Of a stretch of DNA of 64,000 bases, positions 40,190-50,368 are shown one piece after another. Under the pieces are notes generated by a model. The model was given only the letters and a program-made list of their open reading frames with translations, was not told the DNA's origin and searched no databases. The position numbers and the translations under genes are program-made. Origin of the DNA: Candidatus Woykebacteria bacterium RBG_13_40_15 (GTDB lineage Bacteria; Patescibacteriota; Microgenomatia; Woykebacterales; RBG-16-39-9b); NCBI GenBank assembly GCA_001816655.1, contig MHCP01000025.1:14428-78427 (forward strand), written 5' to 3'. The stretch's first letter is position 1; the number at the start of each line of letters is the position of its first letter.

Positions 40190-41386
40190 TCAACTCCTCA
40201 TTATTTCTACAGCTTTAAGTTTGCCGATTTGAACTATAGTACCGATCTCGACATCGATTAATTGATTCGGGTTGACAATCTTTTCTCCATTACTTTTTAC
40301 ACCACCCTGTTCAATTAAACGCTTTGCTTCGCTACGGCTAGACGCCATCTCTAAATTCATAATAAGATCAAGGGCCTTTATTTTGCCAGTTTTAGAACCA
40401 ACCTTTTTTGTTTCCGGTACTCCACCTTCTTGAAAAACTCTTTCAAATTCATTCTGAGCGTTTTTTGCTTCAGATTCTCCATGGTAAATTTTTACAATCT
40501 CTAAGGCCAAGTTAATTTTAGCATCACGTGGGTTGATTGTGCTATTTTTTAGAGATTCTTCAATTTTTGAAATTTCATCTAGGCCAACATCTGTTAGGAG
40601 AGTAAAATATTTCACTATTAAGTCATCTTTGATCGACATTATTTTCCCGAACATTTGGTTTGGTTCTTCGTTTAAGTCAATTGTGTTCCCAAAGCTCTTA
40701 CTCATTTTTCTGCCATCAGTTCCTTCGAGAAGCGGGATGGTTATAACAAACTTTTCTTTTTTTTCCTTTATTTTCATAAATTCTCTGCCTACCAGCATGT
40801 TAAAAGTCTGGTCGGTACCTCCTATCTCCACATCCGTATCAATTGCAACACTGTCGTAACCTTGGAGTATTGGGTACAAAAACTCAGAGGCGGCGATTGG
40901 TCGTCTCTTTTCTATTCGCTCTTGAAACATATCTCTCTCAAGAAGTTGTTGCACGGTAAAATGTGAGAGCATTTCTAGTATTTCTGGCGCTTTCACCTTG
41001 TCCCACCAATTGGAGTTAAAAAATATTTCCGGTGGGTTTTTTTTAAAATCTAAGATTTTTCCTACCAGCGATTTGTATGAGGAAGAATTTTCTAAGACTT
41101 GTCTACGTGTTAGAGGTTTGCGTTGGGTATCTTTTCCCGAAGGGTCCCCTACCATTCCGGTGAAATCACCAAAAACTAGAATTATTTTATGTCCAAGTTT
41201 TTGAAACTGGGCCAGCTTCCTTAAAATAATAGAATGTCCTAAGTGAATACTTGTGCTGGTTGGGTCTATCCCGTTATAAATTCTTAATTTTTGCCTACGA
41301 AGTTTTTCTAAAAGTAGGTTTCTTGATGGATAAATAGAATCCACTCCGCGGGATAATACACTCTCGAGCCCATCCATGCTTTTCAT
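40190..41386 (-). CDS. tyrS: Tyrosine--tRNA ligase
   Basis: GIDPT, HLGH, GGTDQ, KMSKS and a C-terminal S4 domain. Confidence 0.97.
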   Translation of the reverse strand: MKSMDGLESVLSRGVDSIYPSRNLLLEKLRRQKLRIYNGIDPTSTSIHLGHSIILRKLAQFQKLGHKIILVFGDFTGMVGDPSGKDTQRKPLTRRQVLENSSSYKSLVGKILDFKKNPPEIFFNSNWWDKVKAPEILEMLSHFTVQQLLERDMFQERIEKRRPIAASEFLYPILQGYDSVAIDTDVEIGGTDQTFNMLVGREFMKIKEKKEKFVITIPLLEGTDGRKMSKSFGNTIDLNEEPNQMFGKIMSIKDDLIVKYFTLLTDVGLDEISKIEESLKNSTINPRDAKINLALEIVKIYHGESEAKNAQNEFERVFQEGGVPETKKVGSKTGKIKALDLIMNLEMASSRSEAKRLIEQGGVKSNGEKIVNPNQLIDVEIGTIVQIGKLKAVEIMRS

Positions 41387-41425
41387 ATTATATTTTTTTG
41401 TGGTAAAATACAACTTACAAAAATT

Positions 41426-43951
41426 ATGAATCCTTCCTTTATTCCAGTTCCCCCGAGGTTGAGCAGTATTTTATCTCGGAGGAGATCTCGTAGACTAAAG
41501 TTAAAGCTTTTTAGTAGTTTTGTTACGGCTGGTTTTATCTTATTTATTGTTACGCTAGTTGGTGCTAGTATTGCATTTGGTTTTTTCGCGCGCAATCTTC
41601 CCTCACCAAATAAACTTTCTGATCACAATTTCAGCCAATCAACTAAAATTTACGACCGAAACGGTACATTGCTTTACAATATTTACGGTGATGAAAATCG
41701 TACTTTGGTTAAATTAGATAAGGTCCCGGCTGATTTAAGAAATGCGACAGTTGCGATTGAGGACAAACGTTTTTACAAACACAGGGGGTTTGATATTGTT
41801 GAGTACATCCGGGCCATAAAGGAGATTGTCGTTGACCACAGATTAACCGGAGCTTCCACAATTACTCAACAGCTTGTAAAGAATAGTTTACTTACCTCCG
41901 AACGCACTCTGACCAGAAAGGTTAAGGAACTCATTTTATCCATTCAAATTGAGAGGAGGTACAGTAAGGATGAAATTTTGCAGATGTATTTAAATGAGGT
42001 GCCTTATGGAGGGACCTCTTGGGGTACAGAAGCAGCTGCTAATCAATACTTCGGAAAACATACTTGGGAACTGAATTTGGTTGAGTGCGCAATTCTCGCT
42101 GGTTTGCCCCAAAGCCCGACCGCTTACTCGCCATTTGGGCTAAATTCAAGAGCTTACATCAATAGAACAAAAGATGTTTTACGTAGAATGAGGGAGGATG
42201 GTTATATAACCTCCGACCAAGAGAAAAAAGCAGTAAAAGCATTGCCGAATGTAAAGTTTGCGAGTTTTGGCCAGGATATTAAAGCCCCCCACTTTTCTAT
42301 ATATGTTAAAACCTTGCTTGAGGAAAAATACGGGCCAAGACTTGTTCAAGAAGGCGGTTTTCAAGTTACCACAACATTAGATTTAAAGCTGCAAGACATG
42401 GCGCAGAAAGCTGTAACAGATCAAGTGGCAGCCGAGAAATATTTAACGGTAAGCAACGGTGCTGCAGTGATTGAAAATGTCAAAACAGGGGAAATTTTAG
42501 CTTGGGTTGGGTCTAAAGACTACTTTGCAAAAGACATTCCAGGGAAGTTTGATATTGTTTCCCAGGCCATTAGGCAACCGGGAAGTGCCCTTAAGCCATT
42601 TAATTATTTAACTGGGTTTGAAAAAGGGTATGCCAACCCAGCAACTATGTTTATAGATACGCGGACGGACTTTGGTGGTGGTTACAGACCGGGAAATTAT
42701 GACGATCGAGAGCACGGACCGCTTCCAGTTCGAATTGCGCTTGGTAACTCATACAACATTCCTGCGGTAAAAATGCTTGCTGTTAATGGTGTGGAAAATG
42801 TAATCGATACGCTGAAGCGATTTGGGATTACGACTTTAAATGACCCATCTCAATATGGGCTTTCTTTGACTTTGGGGGGAGGAGCGATAAAATTACTAGA
42901 ACTGACAAATGCTTACGCAATTTTAGGAAATCAGGGTAAGGTTGTTAGCCCACAGGTGATACTAAAGGTTACTGATTCCAACGGTAGGGTTATCGAGGAA
43001 TTTAAACCGTCAAAGGACCAAAAAGAAGCAACTGATCCGGAACATGCCTATTTAATCAATAATATTTTATCAGACCCAACTGCAAAATATATGGGGTATG
43101 GTACATACTGGGCGCATCTCCTTAATTTTAGGCCAGACGTAGCAGTAAAAACTGGTACCAGCGAGCAAAAAATTGATAACTGGACGTTTGGGTATAGCCC
43201 TTCTTATGTAGTCGGTACTTGGGTTGGAAATAACGACAACTCACCTATGAACCCAGCTCTTTCCTCTGGTATTACAGGAGCGGCACCTATCTTTCGTATA
43301 ATTTCTACCAATCTTTGGGCTGGTAAACCCGTGGATTCTTGGAATAGGCCAGCTGGGGTTGTGGATGCAAAAGTTGATGCCTTGACCGGAATGAAACCAG
43401 GCAAACACAGCGGTTCATTGAAAACTGAAATTTTTGCTAAATGGCAAATTCCAACCCAGGAAGATGATATGCATAAAGAAGCTAGAATCTGTATTCCTAG
43501 CGGATTAGTAGCCAATTCATCTTGTGAGGCTGCTGGCAAAGCTACCACAAAGCTTTTTCTTGCAATGTACGATCCTTATACAAAAATGTTTATGCCTTCT
43601 TTCCGTTACTGTCCAGCAGGTTGTCCTCCTACAACTACAGATACAGGTATCTATACTCCCAAGGCAGATAAACTAAGTGTTGTTATCTCTTCACCACAAG
43701 ATAATGCTGAGGTTACATCTGACTTTACAGTTAGCGCTAATATAGCAGGTCCGACAAGTATAGATAAAGCCTGGTTTTACCTGGATGGGGATCTTACTGA
43801 AAAAATAAACTCTCCCTCATCATCAATAAAATATAAATTTACTGGTGTTGCTGATGGTGATCATATTGTCGTTGTGTGGGTGCATGATTCCGCTGGAGAT
43901 ACTGCGGAAGAAACTATAAATATTAAAGTCCAAAACACTCCCGGTCCATAA
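41426..43951 (+). CDS. Class A penicillin-binding protein (PBP1A-like) with C-terminal Ig-like domain
   Basis: EDKRFYKH and GASTITQQLVKN (GT51); SALK, SYN and KTGT (transpeptidase). Confidence 0.95.
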   Translation: MNPSFIPVPPRLSSILSRRRSRRLKLKLFSSFVTAGFILFIVTLVGASIAFGFFARNLPSPNKLSDHNFSQSTKIYDRNGTLLYNIYGDENRTLVKLDKVPADLRNATVAIEDKRFYKHRGFDIVEYIRAIKEIVVDHRLTGASTITQQLVKNSLLTSERTLTRKVKELILSIQIERRYSKDEILQMYLNEVPYGGTSWGTEAAANQYFGKHTWELNLVECAILAGLPQSPTAYSPFGLNSRAYINRTKDVLRRMREDGYITSDQEKKAVKALPNVKFASFGQDIKAPHFSIYVKTLLEEKYGPRLVQEGGFQVTTTLDLKLQDMAQKAVTDQVAAEKYLTVSNGAAVIENVKTGEILAWVGSKDYFAKDIPGKFDIVSQAIRQPGSALKPFNYLTGFEKGYANPATMFIDTRTDFGGGYRPGNYDDREHGPLPVRIALGNSYNIPAVKMLAVNGVENVIDTLKRFGITTLNDPSQYGLSLTLGGGAIKLLELTNAYAILGNQGKVVSPQVILKVTDSNGRVIEEFKPSKDQKEATDPEHAYLINNILSDPTAKYMGYGTYWAHLLNFRPDVAVKTGTSEQKIDNWTFGYSPSYVVGTWVGNNDNSPMNPALSSGITGAAPIFRIISTNLWAGKPVDSWNRPAGVVDAKVDALTGMKPGKHSGSLKTEIFAKWQIPTQEDDMHKEARICIPSGLVANSSCEAAGKATTKLFLAMYDPYTKMFMPSFRYCPAGCPPTTTDTGIYTPKADKLSVVISSPQDNAEVTSDFTVSANIAGPTSIDKAWFYLDGDLTEKINSPSSSIKYKFTGVADGDHIVVVWVHDSAGDTAEETINIKVQNTPGP

Positions 43952-43962
43952 GCCCCTTACCG

Positions 43963-45975
43963 CTAACTAAGATTAGATGTACGTGGCTGGGCACCAATTT
44001 TTTTCAGGTCGGTTAATATTTTACCCCTAATTTTAGTTACTAATTTTTTATCTAATGTATTTTTCTGGCTGTAATATTCTAGTCCTATTAAAACAGAACG
44101 CTGGCCTTTTATGTTTGTATCTTCGAATAAAGACATTTTATAAAGATTGTTGCCCGCAGAGTTCTTAATGGATTCTGAGATAGATTGGAAGGGCAAGTTG
44201 TTTTGAAGGAATAAGGATAACTCTTCCTTAACAACTGGAAATTTTGGAATTTGGGTGTAGCGTTTTTCTTTTTGCCTCGCCTGTAAAGCTTCTAGGTCTA
44301 GTTCAAACCAAAAAGTGGGACTCGATATTTCGAACTTACCGAGAATGGAACTATCAATCTTGCCAAATTCTCCTATCGACCCTGTTCCGATAAGAACCAT
44401 GCTAGCTTCTTTTCCAAATCTACTGGTTTCGGTCAACTGTTTAAATGTAAAACCAGAAATGTTTAATTTTTTAAGAAAAGTTTCTAAAGCCCCTTTAGCG
44501 GATCTAAAATCACTATCTACAAAAATGGCCGCGATTTTCTTTGGTTGGTTAGGAAGGCCATTTTTTCCAATGTCTTTAGTAAAAACCCTTCCCAACTCAA
44601 ATAACGAGAATTTCTTGAAATTTTCTATGTTTAATTTCGCCGCTAGGAGTATTCCTACTAATAAGGTTGGTCTTAAATACTCATAATCAAAAATTAGCCT
44701 ATTTGCAACCCTTAAGCACTCCTCGCTATCAAATCCCAAATCTTCAACTGTCAAAAGACTTGTTAGGGTACTTGAGTATATTTCCTGCAGTCCTAATGAT
44801 ATTAAAATTTGTTTTACTTTTCTTTCAAAATCAATGTAGTTCAATTCACTGGTTGGTAGAGGGCCGACTGGCAGGGTTTTTGGGAACTTGTTGTAGCCAT
44901 AAATGCGGCCTATTTCTTCTATGAGGTCGATAGGTTCGTGAATATCTGTTCGGAAGGATGGAACACCAACAATAACCGTTTTTCCTTCCGCTTGAGATTC
45001 CAATTTAGTTTCGAAGTTTAGACGTGACAGTATGCTGCAGACTTCTTTTTCTGCAATTGTTACACCTAAAGTATCGCTTACTAAAGAGAGAGGTAGTTTG
45101 ACATAGTGCTCTTTTGCTGGGTAACCGACGCTCTCAATAGTAGAAGCTAATTTTCCTCCAGCTAGAGGTTTCATTAAGGAGTAAGCTCGCTCAAAAGCGT
45201 ATCGGTGGGCTGCCGGATCCAATTTCTTTTCAAATCTGTTCGATGCCTCAGTTCGTAGCCCCAAAGCCTGTGAGGCGCGCCGTACAGAAAGAGAATCGTA
45301 TACTGGTACATGTAGCACTACTGTTTTAGTGTTTTTATCTATTTCACTTGAAGCTCCTCCCATAAGCCCCGCTAAATCAATTAGTTTTTCAGAATCTTCG
45401 ATAATTATTGCACCACTGGGAAGCTTTCGTTCCACTCCGTCTAGCGTAGTAACAGCTTCTCCTTCTTTTGAACTGCGTAGTACCATTTTTCCCTTGATTT
45501 TATCGTAATCAAAAGCATGCATTGGTTGTCCGGTTTCGGTCATGACATAGTTTGTGATATCGACTATATTGGATAAGCTTCTGATACCGGATTTTTCTAG
45601 CCTTTCTGAAAGCCACATAGGCGATTGGGAAACCTTTAGTTCATCAATAATTCCAATACTGTAGTATGGACACAAGCTTTTGTCCAAAACAGCTAGATTT
45701 ATCTTTTTTGTACTTTCAATTTCCTTCTGTGTCTCAGAAAATGCCGCTGGGACAGTCAGCCGCCGGTTGTAAATAGCAGCAACCTCTCTTGCTATCCCAA
45801 TTATTGAGAGACAATCTGATCGATTTGGGGTAATTTCAAAATCAAAAATTACATCTTCCTTTTCTTTTTCAACACTTTCAACCTTTGTGCCTGATAACAA
45901 TAAATCTTCAGCAAGTCTTTCGGTTCCCTCTTTTATTTCGACGTATTCTTTTAACCAAGAAAGCGGTACTTTCAT
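43963..45975 (-). CDS. pheT: Phenylalanine--tRNA ligase beta subunit (short, lacks OB insert)
   Basis: MKVPLSWLKEY, ITPNRSDCLS, GQPMHAFD and DLIEEIGRIYGY motifs. Confidence 0.96.
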   Translation of the reverse strand: MKVPLSWLKEYVEIKEGTERLAEDLLLSGTKVESVEKEKEDVIFDFEITPNRSDCLSIIGIAREVAAIYNRRLTVPAAFSETQKEIESTKKINLAVLDKSLCPYYSIGIIDELKVSQSPMWLSERLEKSGIRSLSNIVDITNYVMTETGQPMHAFDYDKIKGKMVLRSSKEGEAVTTLDGVERKLPSGAIIIEDSEKLIDLAGLMGGASSEIDKNTKTVVLHVPVYDSLSVRRASQALGLRTEASNRFEKKLDPAAHRYAFERAYSLMKPLAGGKLASTIESVGYPAKEHYVKLPLSLVSDTLGVTIAEKEVCSILSRLNFETKLESQAEGKTVIVGVPSFRTDIHEPIDLIEEIGRIYGYNKFPKTLPVGPLPTSELNYIDFERKVKQILISLGLQEIYSSTLTSLLTVEDLGFDSEECLRVANRLIFDYEYLRPTLLVGILLAAKLNIENFKKFSLFELGRVFTKDIGKNGLPNQPKKIAAIFVDSDFRSAKGALETFLKKLNISGFTFKQLTETSRFGKEASMVLIGTGSIGEFGKIDSSILGKFEISSPTFWFELDLEALQARQKEKRYTQIPKFPVVKEELSLFLQNNLPFQSISESIKNSAGNNLYKMSLFEDTNIKGQRSVLIGLEYYSQKNTLDKKLVTKIRGKILTDLKKIGAQPRTSNLS

Positions 45976-45976
45976 A

Positions 45977-46948
45977 TTAAAATTGCTTCAAAAAACGAAG
46001 ATCGCTGTTATACAGACTTCTAATATCGCTAATCCCGTATTTGAGCAGGGCGAGTCTATCTGGGCCCATCCCAAACGCCCAACCCCTGAATTTGTTTGGG
46101 TCAATTCGGCCATTTTTTAAGACAATTGGATTAACCATTCCTGCACCCAATATCTCGAGCCAACCCTTGCCTGGGTAATAAACCTCCATTTCGATTGAAG
46201 GTTCTGTATAAGCAAAATGGTGACCGTAAACTCTAGTTTTTAAATTCTTTCCAAAGAATGATTTCGCAAAGTAGTCTAGTGTGCCAATCAAATCAGACAT
46301 TTTGGAGGCATCATCGATGAGCAGCCCTTCTATTTGATAGAAAGAGGGAAGATGGGTGCTGTCTGGCATATCGCGTCGGTAGCAGCGACCTGGAAATAAC
46401 ACTCTTATTGGCGGCTTGTGGTCCTCCATATACCTAACCTGCATACTACTTGTGTGGGTTCGAAGTAGTAACTCATCGTTAATATAGTATGTCTGTTGTA
46501 CGTCTCTTGCGGGATGATTTTGGGGCATATTGAGCTTTTGAAAGTTGTATGCATCTAGCTCAACTTCGGGTCCGTCAATCCAAGAAAATCCGAGGGAGTG
46601 GAAAATTTCCTTAACTTCATCAATTACTGAAGTTAGCGGGTGTGTGCCGCCTAGATCGATTTCTTTTCCGGGAGTAGTTAAATCAACTGAGGACTCTTTT
46701 TTAATCGATACGGGTTTTGCTTGCTGGTTTAATAACTGCTCAAGTTTTGTTCTGAGTTTATTTATTTTTGTTCCAATTCCTGCTTTTTGTTCTTTTGGTA
46801 ATTTCGGAATCTGTTTAGTAACATTTTGTAAAATACCCCTCCTTCGTCCAAAATATTTGATACGTATCTTTTCTAAAGCCGCACCCGTTTTTGCTTGGGA
46901 AAGTTCTTTTAAAGCTAGTCGTTCGATTTCATTGAGGTCTAGTACCAT
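45977..46948 (-). CDS. pheS: Phenylalanine--tRNA ligase alpha subunit
   Basis: HPARD, LLRTHTS, YTEPS and GWAFGMGPDR motifs; start at 46948 just after a TTTCAA-17-TAGAAT promoter. Confidence 0.97.
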   Translation of the reverse strand: MVLDLNEIERLALKELSQAKTGAALEKIRIKYFGRRRGILQNVTKQIPKLPKEQKAGIGTKINKLRTKLEQLLNQQAKPVSIKKESSVDLTTPGKEIDLGGTHPLTSVIDEVKEIFHSLGFSWIDGPEVELDAYNFQKLNMPQNHPARDVQQTYYINDELLLRTHTSSMQVRYMEDHKPPIRVLFPGRCYRRDMPDSTHLPSFYQIEGLLIDDASKMSDLIGTLDYFAKSFFGKNLKTRVYGHHFAYTEPSIEMEVYYPGKGWLEILGAGMVNPIVLKNGRIDPNKFRGWAFGMGPDRLALLKYGISDIRSLYNSDLRFLKQF

Positions 46949-46984
46949 AAGAACTAATTCTAACATAGTCGAGGCTAGTTTGAA

Positions 46985-47055
46985 AGAAAAAAATTAGTCC
47001 TAAGATGGGAAGCTCACGCCTGCCCTACATGAGCTCCCCGACATAGGACTAATTG
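46985..47055 (-). ncRNA. Candidate stand-alone hairpin small RNA (~65-70 nt)
   Basis: Perfect TTGACA-17-TATAAT promoter (47061-47089), long stem-loop 46992-47054, then a U tract. Confidence 0.55.
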
Positions 47056-47122
47056 TGACTATTATAACAGGAAATATGTGAATTGTCAACCACTATAGGG
47101 CGGAGAAATTATTAGCTATGGG

Positions 47123-47476
47123 TTATATGTGGGTCTTTGCCTCTTCGACAATTTGTTTGAAGGTTTTTTCGTCGCTTGCTGCTATCTCGGATAAGATTTT
47201 ACGATCAAGCTGAATCTTAGCAGAGGATAAGCCTTTAATAAAATTACTGTAGGTTAAATTGTGGTTTTTAAGAGCAGCGTTTATTTGAACGATCCAAAGC
47301 GTTCTTTTTTGTCTTTTTCTCTCTTTACGTCCTGAAAAAGCGTACGCTCCTGCGTGCATCACAGCTTCTTTAGCTACTTTAAAAAGCTTGCTTTTCGTTC
47401 CCCTGAAGCCCTTTGCTGCTTTTAAAATTTTTTTATGTTTTCTATTTACAGTGGTTCCTCTTCTTATCCTTGCCAT
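47123..47476 (-). CDS. rplT: 50S ribosomal protein L20
   Basis: MARIRRG...AKGFRG...LWIVQINAA. Confidence 0.97.
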   Translation of the reverse strand: MARIRRGTTVNRKHKKILKAAKGFRGTKSKLFKVAKEAVMHAGAYAFSGRKERKRQKRTLWIVQINAALKNHNLTYSNFIKGLSSAKIQLDRKILSEIAASDEKTFKQIVEEAKTHI

Positions 47477-47478
47477 TT

Positions 47479-47670
47479 TTATACTCCTAATATCTTTTTA
47501 TACTTTTTTCTAAATCCCCCAGTTATTGATTGTGGTTCATTTTGTCTGCGCAGTCGCCTTTTTGATTTTTTCGTTTTTAAGTGTGACGAATAAGCATGCC
47601 CACGCAATATTTTTTTTGATCCTGTTACCTTGAATCTTTTTTCAGCTGTCTTTCTGGATTTCTGTTTCAT
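47479..47670 (-). CDS. rpmI: 50S ribosomal protein L35
   Basis: KRFKVTGSKK...SHL; infC-rpmI-rplT context. Confidence 0.93.
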   Translation of the reverse strand: MKQKSRKTAEKRFKVTGSKKILRGHAYSSHLKTKKSKRRLRRQNEPQSITGGFRKKYKKILGV

Positions 47671-47680
47671 AAAAAGTATC

Positions 47681-48196
47681 CTAATGTTTTTTACAAGGCT
47701 TAAGGCCAACTACTAAGTTCTTACCAACCAACCGAGGTTCTGAATCCTTTTCCCCAATACCGTCTAGCATAGAGGTTGCTTTTTCCAATATTGACCACCC
47801 GATTTCTGGGTGAACAATCTCTCTACCAGCAAATTTTATCGTTAATTGGACCCTGTTACCTTCTTCGAAAAACTCCTTTGCCCTATTCATCCTTATCTCC
47901 AAGTCGTGATCATCAATGGTAGGGCTTAACCAGATCTCCTTTGTTTCGATTTCTTTTGTTTTCTGTTTAATTTTTCTTTCTTTTTTATCTTCCTCGTATT
48001 TAAATTTTTTAAAATCAATAATTTTTACGACCGGTGGATCTGCTTGGCCGGATACCTCTACTAAGTCCAAATTAGAATTCCTTGCTCTCTCCCTTGCTTC
48101 ATCGATTCTAATAATTCCAATTTGTTTCCCATTTTCTTCTAGTAGTCGTACTTTTTCAGCACGGATATTTTGATTGATCCGATAGTATTTTCTAAT
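47681..48196 (-). CDS. infC: Translation initiation factor IF-3 with ATT start codon
   Basis: Frame stays open 42 codons upstream of the track start (IRKYYRINQNIRAEKVRLL...) to ATT at 48196, preceded by GGGAGGAG SD. Confidence 0.93.
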   Translation of the reverse strand: MRKYYRINQNIRAEKVRLLEENGKQIGIIRIDEARERARNSNLDLVEVSGQADPPVVKIIDFKKFKYEEDKKERKIKQKTKEIETKEIWLSPTIDDHDLEIRMNRAKEFFEEGNRVQLTIKFAGREIVHPEIGWSILEKATSMLDGIGEKDSEPRLVGKNLVVGLKPCKKH

Positions 48197-48443
48197 TGTT
48201 CTCTCCTCCCAATGAATTCGAAAAATAATCTTTTAATTTTAGTTTGGAAATTGCGTTTTCGCGAACCAACTCAAACGGCCTTTTAGATAAATAAATTATT
48301 GTAGATTCGGTTCCTATCATTTGCAATTTTTTCTTCTGGATCTTATCCGATCGATTGCATAGTCTACCAGAGAAATTATTCTCTTGTCAATTTCACCTAA
48401 AGTGGCTGCCACTGTGTTTAAATTGGAAACATGTTTTTCGGTA

Positions 48444-50174
48444 CTATTCTCTATTCTCGACCTCCTTTTCTAATCGATTAATTAAATCCCCGATTAAAAC
48501 TGAGCCCTCATCTCCTTTTCCCCTAGATCGAACCGCAACCTTTTTTTGGACCTGTTCCCTATCTCCAACAACAAGCATATATGGAATTTTCTGCAGCTCT
48601 GCGTCTCGTATCTTTGTTTGCATTGTTTCGTTTCTGGAATCAACCTCAATACGTAATTTTTTGTTTAGGAATTCGTTTCTTAACTCAGTAGCGTATTGAT
48701 TATGCCTTTCAGCTATTGGGATTATTATTGCTTGGATTGGAGATAGCCAAAGGGGAAATGCGCCACCGAAATGCTCAACTAGGACACCAACAAATCGCTG
48801 TAGAGAACCAATTATAGTTCTATGTATCATTGCTGGTTGTCTTGGTTTTCCGTCGCTGTCTGTGTAAGTAAGATTAAACTTTTCTGGCATAAATAAATCT
48901 AATTGAATCGTACCACATTGCCAAGAGCGTGAGAGTGAATCATTAATATGGAAATCAATTTTTGGGCCGTAAAAGGCCCCTTCGCCTTCATTAATCTTGT
49001 AGTTTAATTTAAGATTATTTAGAACTTTTTTTAGAGTATTTTCTGCTTTATCCCATGTTTTCTTATTTCCCATAGACTTTTCTGGGCGGGTTGAGAGTTC
49101 AATCGAAACTTCAGGAAAGCCTAGTATTTTGTAAAACCTCAGAGTTAAATCAATAATATTTTTAATCTCTGATTCAATTTGATCTTCGGTAGCGAAAATA
49201 TGGGCGTCGTCTTGACGAAAGGCTCTGACTCTAAATAGACCGTTGAGAGTTCCAGACTGTTCGTAGCGATGAACCTCGCCCATCTCAGCGAGTCTTATTG
49301 GTAGATCACGATACGAATGAGGGCGCTCCTTATAAATTAAAATCATACCAGGACAGTTCATTGGTTTTAGAACCAGTTTTTTGCCAGCTTGATTTACAAA
49401 ATACATTTTGTCTCTGTAATTTTCCCAATGTCCTGATCGATGCCACAATTCTTCGGATAAAAGAATCGGTGTGGAGACTAATTGATAGCCAGCAGATTTT
49501 TGCAATTTATTGTAAAAACCCATTAGCGCTTCCCGTAGGAGCATTCCTTTTGGGTGCCAAAATACAAACCCTGGAGCTTCATTATGAAAACTGAAAAGAT
49601 CTAACTCGCGACCAATTCTTCTATGATCGTAATTTTTTGCTTCCTCTCGCTGTTTTAAGTAGTTATCGAGTTCTTCTTGGGTGATAAAACAAGTTCCATA
49701 GATTCGGGTAAGCATTGGGTTGTTCTCACTACCACGCCAATATGCGCCAGCGATTGTTAAAAGTTTGAATGGCCCGATATCCTTCGCATTGTCAACGTGG
49801 TCGCCTTTGCAAAGATCAATAAAATTACCTGATTTATAGAATGAAACTTTGTTTGTAGTTTTGCAAAGTTCCCTAATAAGATCCAATTTGAAAGGTTGGT
49901 TAGCTTCAATCTTTTTTGCCTCCTCAATAGATTTTTCTATATGAGTAAATTTGTCCCAAGTTTTCAAGATTTTTTTCATTTCCGCCTCAATCTTTGGAAG
50001 GTCCTCTTCGGATATGGGTTTCTTAAAGGAAAAGTCATAGTAGAATCCGTTTTTAATGGTTGGTCCAATTCCTAGCTTGGTATCTGGCCAAAGTTTAATT
50101 ACCGCTGCGGCGAGTAAGTGAGAAGCTGAATGGCGTACATTATCCAAATAATTTTCGTTTTTTATATTTTCCAT
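48444..50174 (-). CDS. thrS: Threonine--tRNA ligase (no TGS domain)
   Basis: RHSASHLLA, KPMNCP, GAFYGPKID and WQCGTIQLD motifs. Confidence 0.97.
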   Translation of the reverse strand: MENIKNENYLDNVRHSASHLLAAAVIKLWPDTKLGIGPTIKNGFYYDFSFKKPISEEDLPKIEAEMKKILKTWDKFTHIEKSIEEAKKIEANQPFKLDLIRELCKTTNKVSFYKSGNFIDLCKGDHVDNAKDIGPFKLLTIAGAYWRGSENNPMLTRIYGTCFITQEELDNYLKQREEAKNYDHRRIGRELDLFSFHNEAPGFVFWHPKGMLLREALMGFYNKLQKSAGYQLVSTPILLSEELWHRSGHWENYRDKMYFVNQAGKKLVLKPMNCPGMILIYKERPHSYRDLPIRLAEMGEVHRYEQSGTLNGLFRVRAFRQDDAHIFATEDQIESEIKNIIDLTLRFYKILGFPEVSIELSTRPEKSMGNKKTWDKAENTLKKVLNNLKLNYKINEGEGAFYGPKIDFHINDSLSRSWQCGTIQLDLFMPEKFNLTYTDSDGKPRQPAMIHRTIIGSLQRFVGVLVEHFGGAFPLWLSPIQAIIIPIAERHNQYATELRNEFLNKKLRIEVDSRNETMQTKIRDAELQKIPYMLVVGDREQVQKKVAVRSRGKGDEGSVLIGDLINRLEKEVENRE

Positions 50175-50202
50175 GTCTTTAAGATTCCATTTTTAAAACA
50201 AC

Positions 50203-50338
50203 AAAAAACCTCCCGTTAGGAGGTTGTGAAGCCACGCAATAGACAACCTCCTCTAGGAAGAGCTGGCGGTAGTTGTGCAATCTAGGGCTTTGGTTTTTCT
50301 CACTTTTACACTTTAACACCTTTTAATTGGCTCGTCAA
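50203..50338 (-). promoter_or_regulatory. Leader-peptide attenuator of thrS (leader ORF 50253-50303, MRKTKALDCTTTASSS)
   Basis: TTGACG-17-TAAAGT promoter, GTG leader with ACA-ACT-ACC, antiterminator AGGAGGTTGT/ACAACCTCCT, terminator AACCTCCT-AAC-GGGAGGTT-TTTT. Confidence 0.8.
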
Positions 50339-50368
50339 TAATAGGTATTTAAAAAGCTAAGTTATTTA

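Noticed and set aside
46985-47055. pheM-like Phe leader attenuator or SRP RNA
   Set aside because: The only small ORF has a single Phe codon, the SRP helix-8 motif is absent, and pheS has its own promoter.
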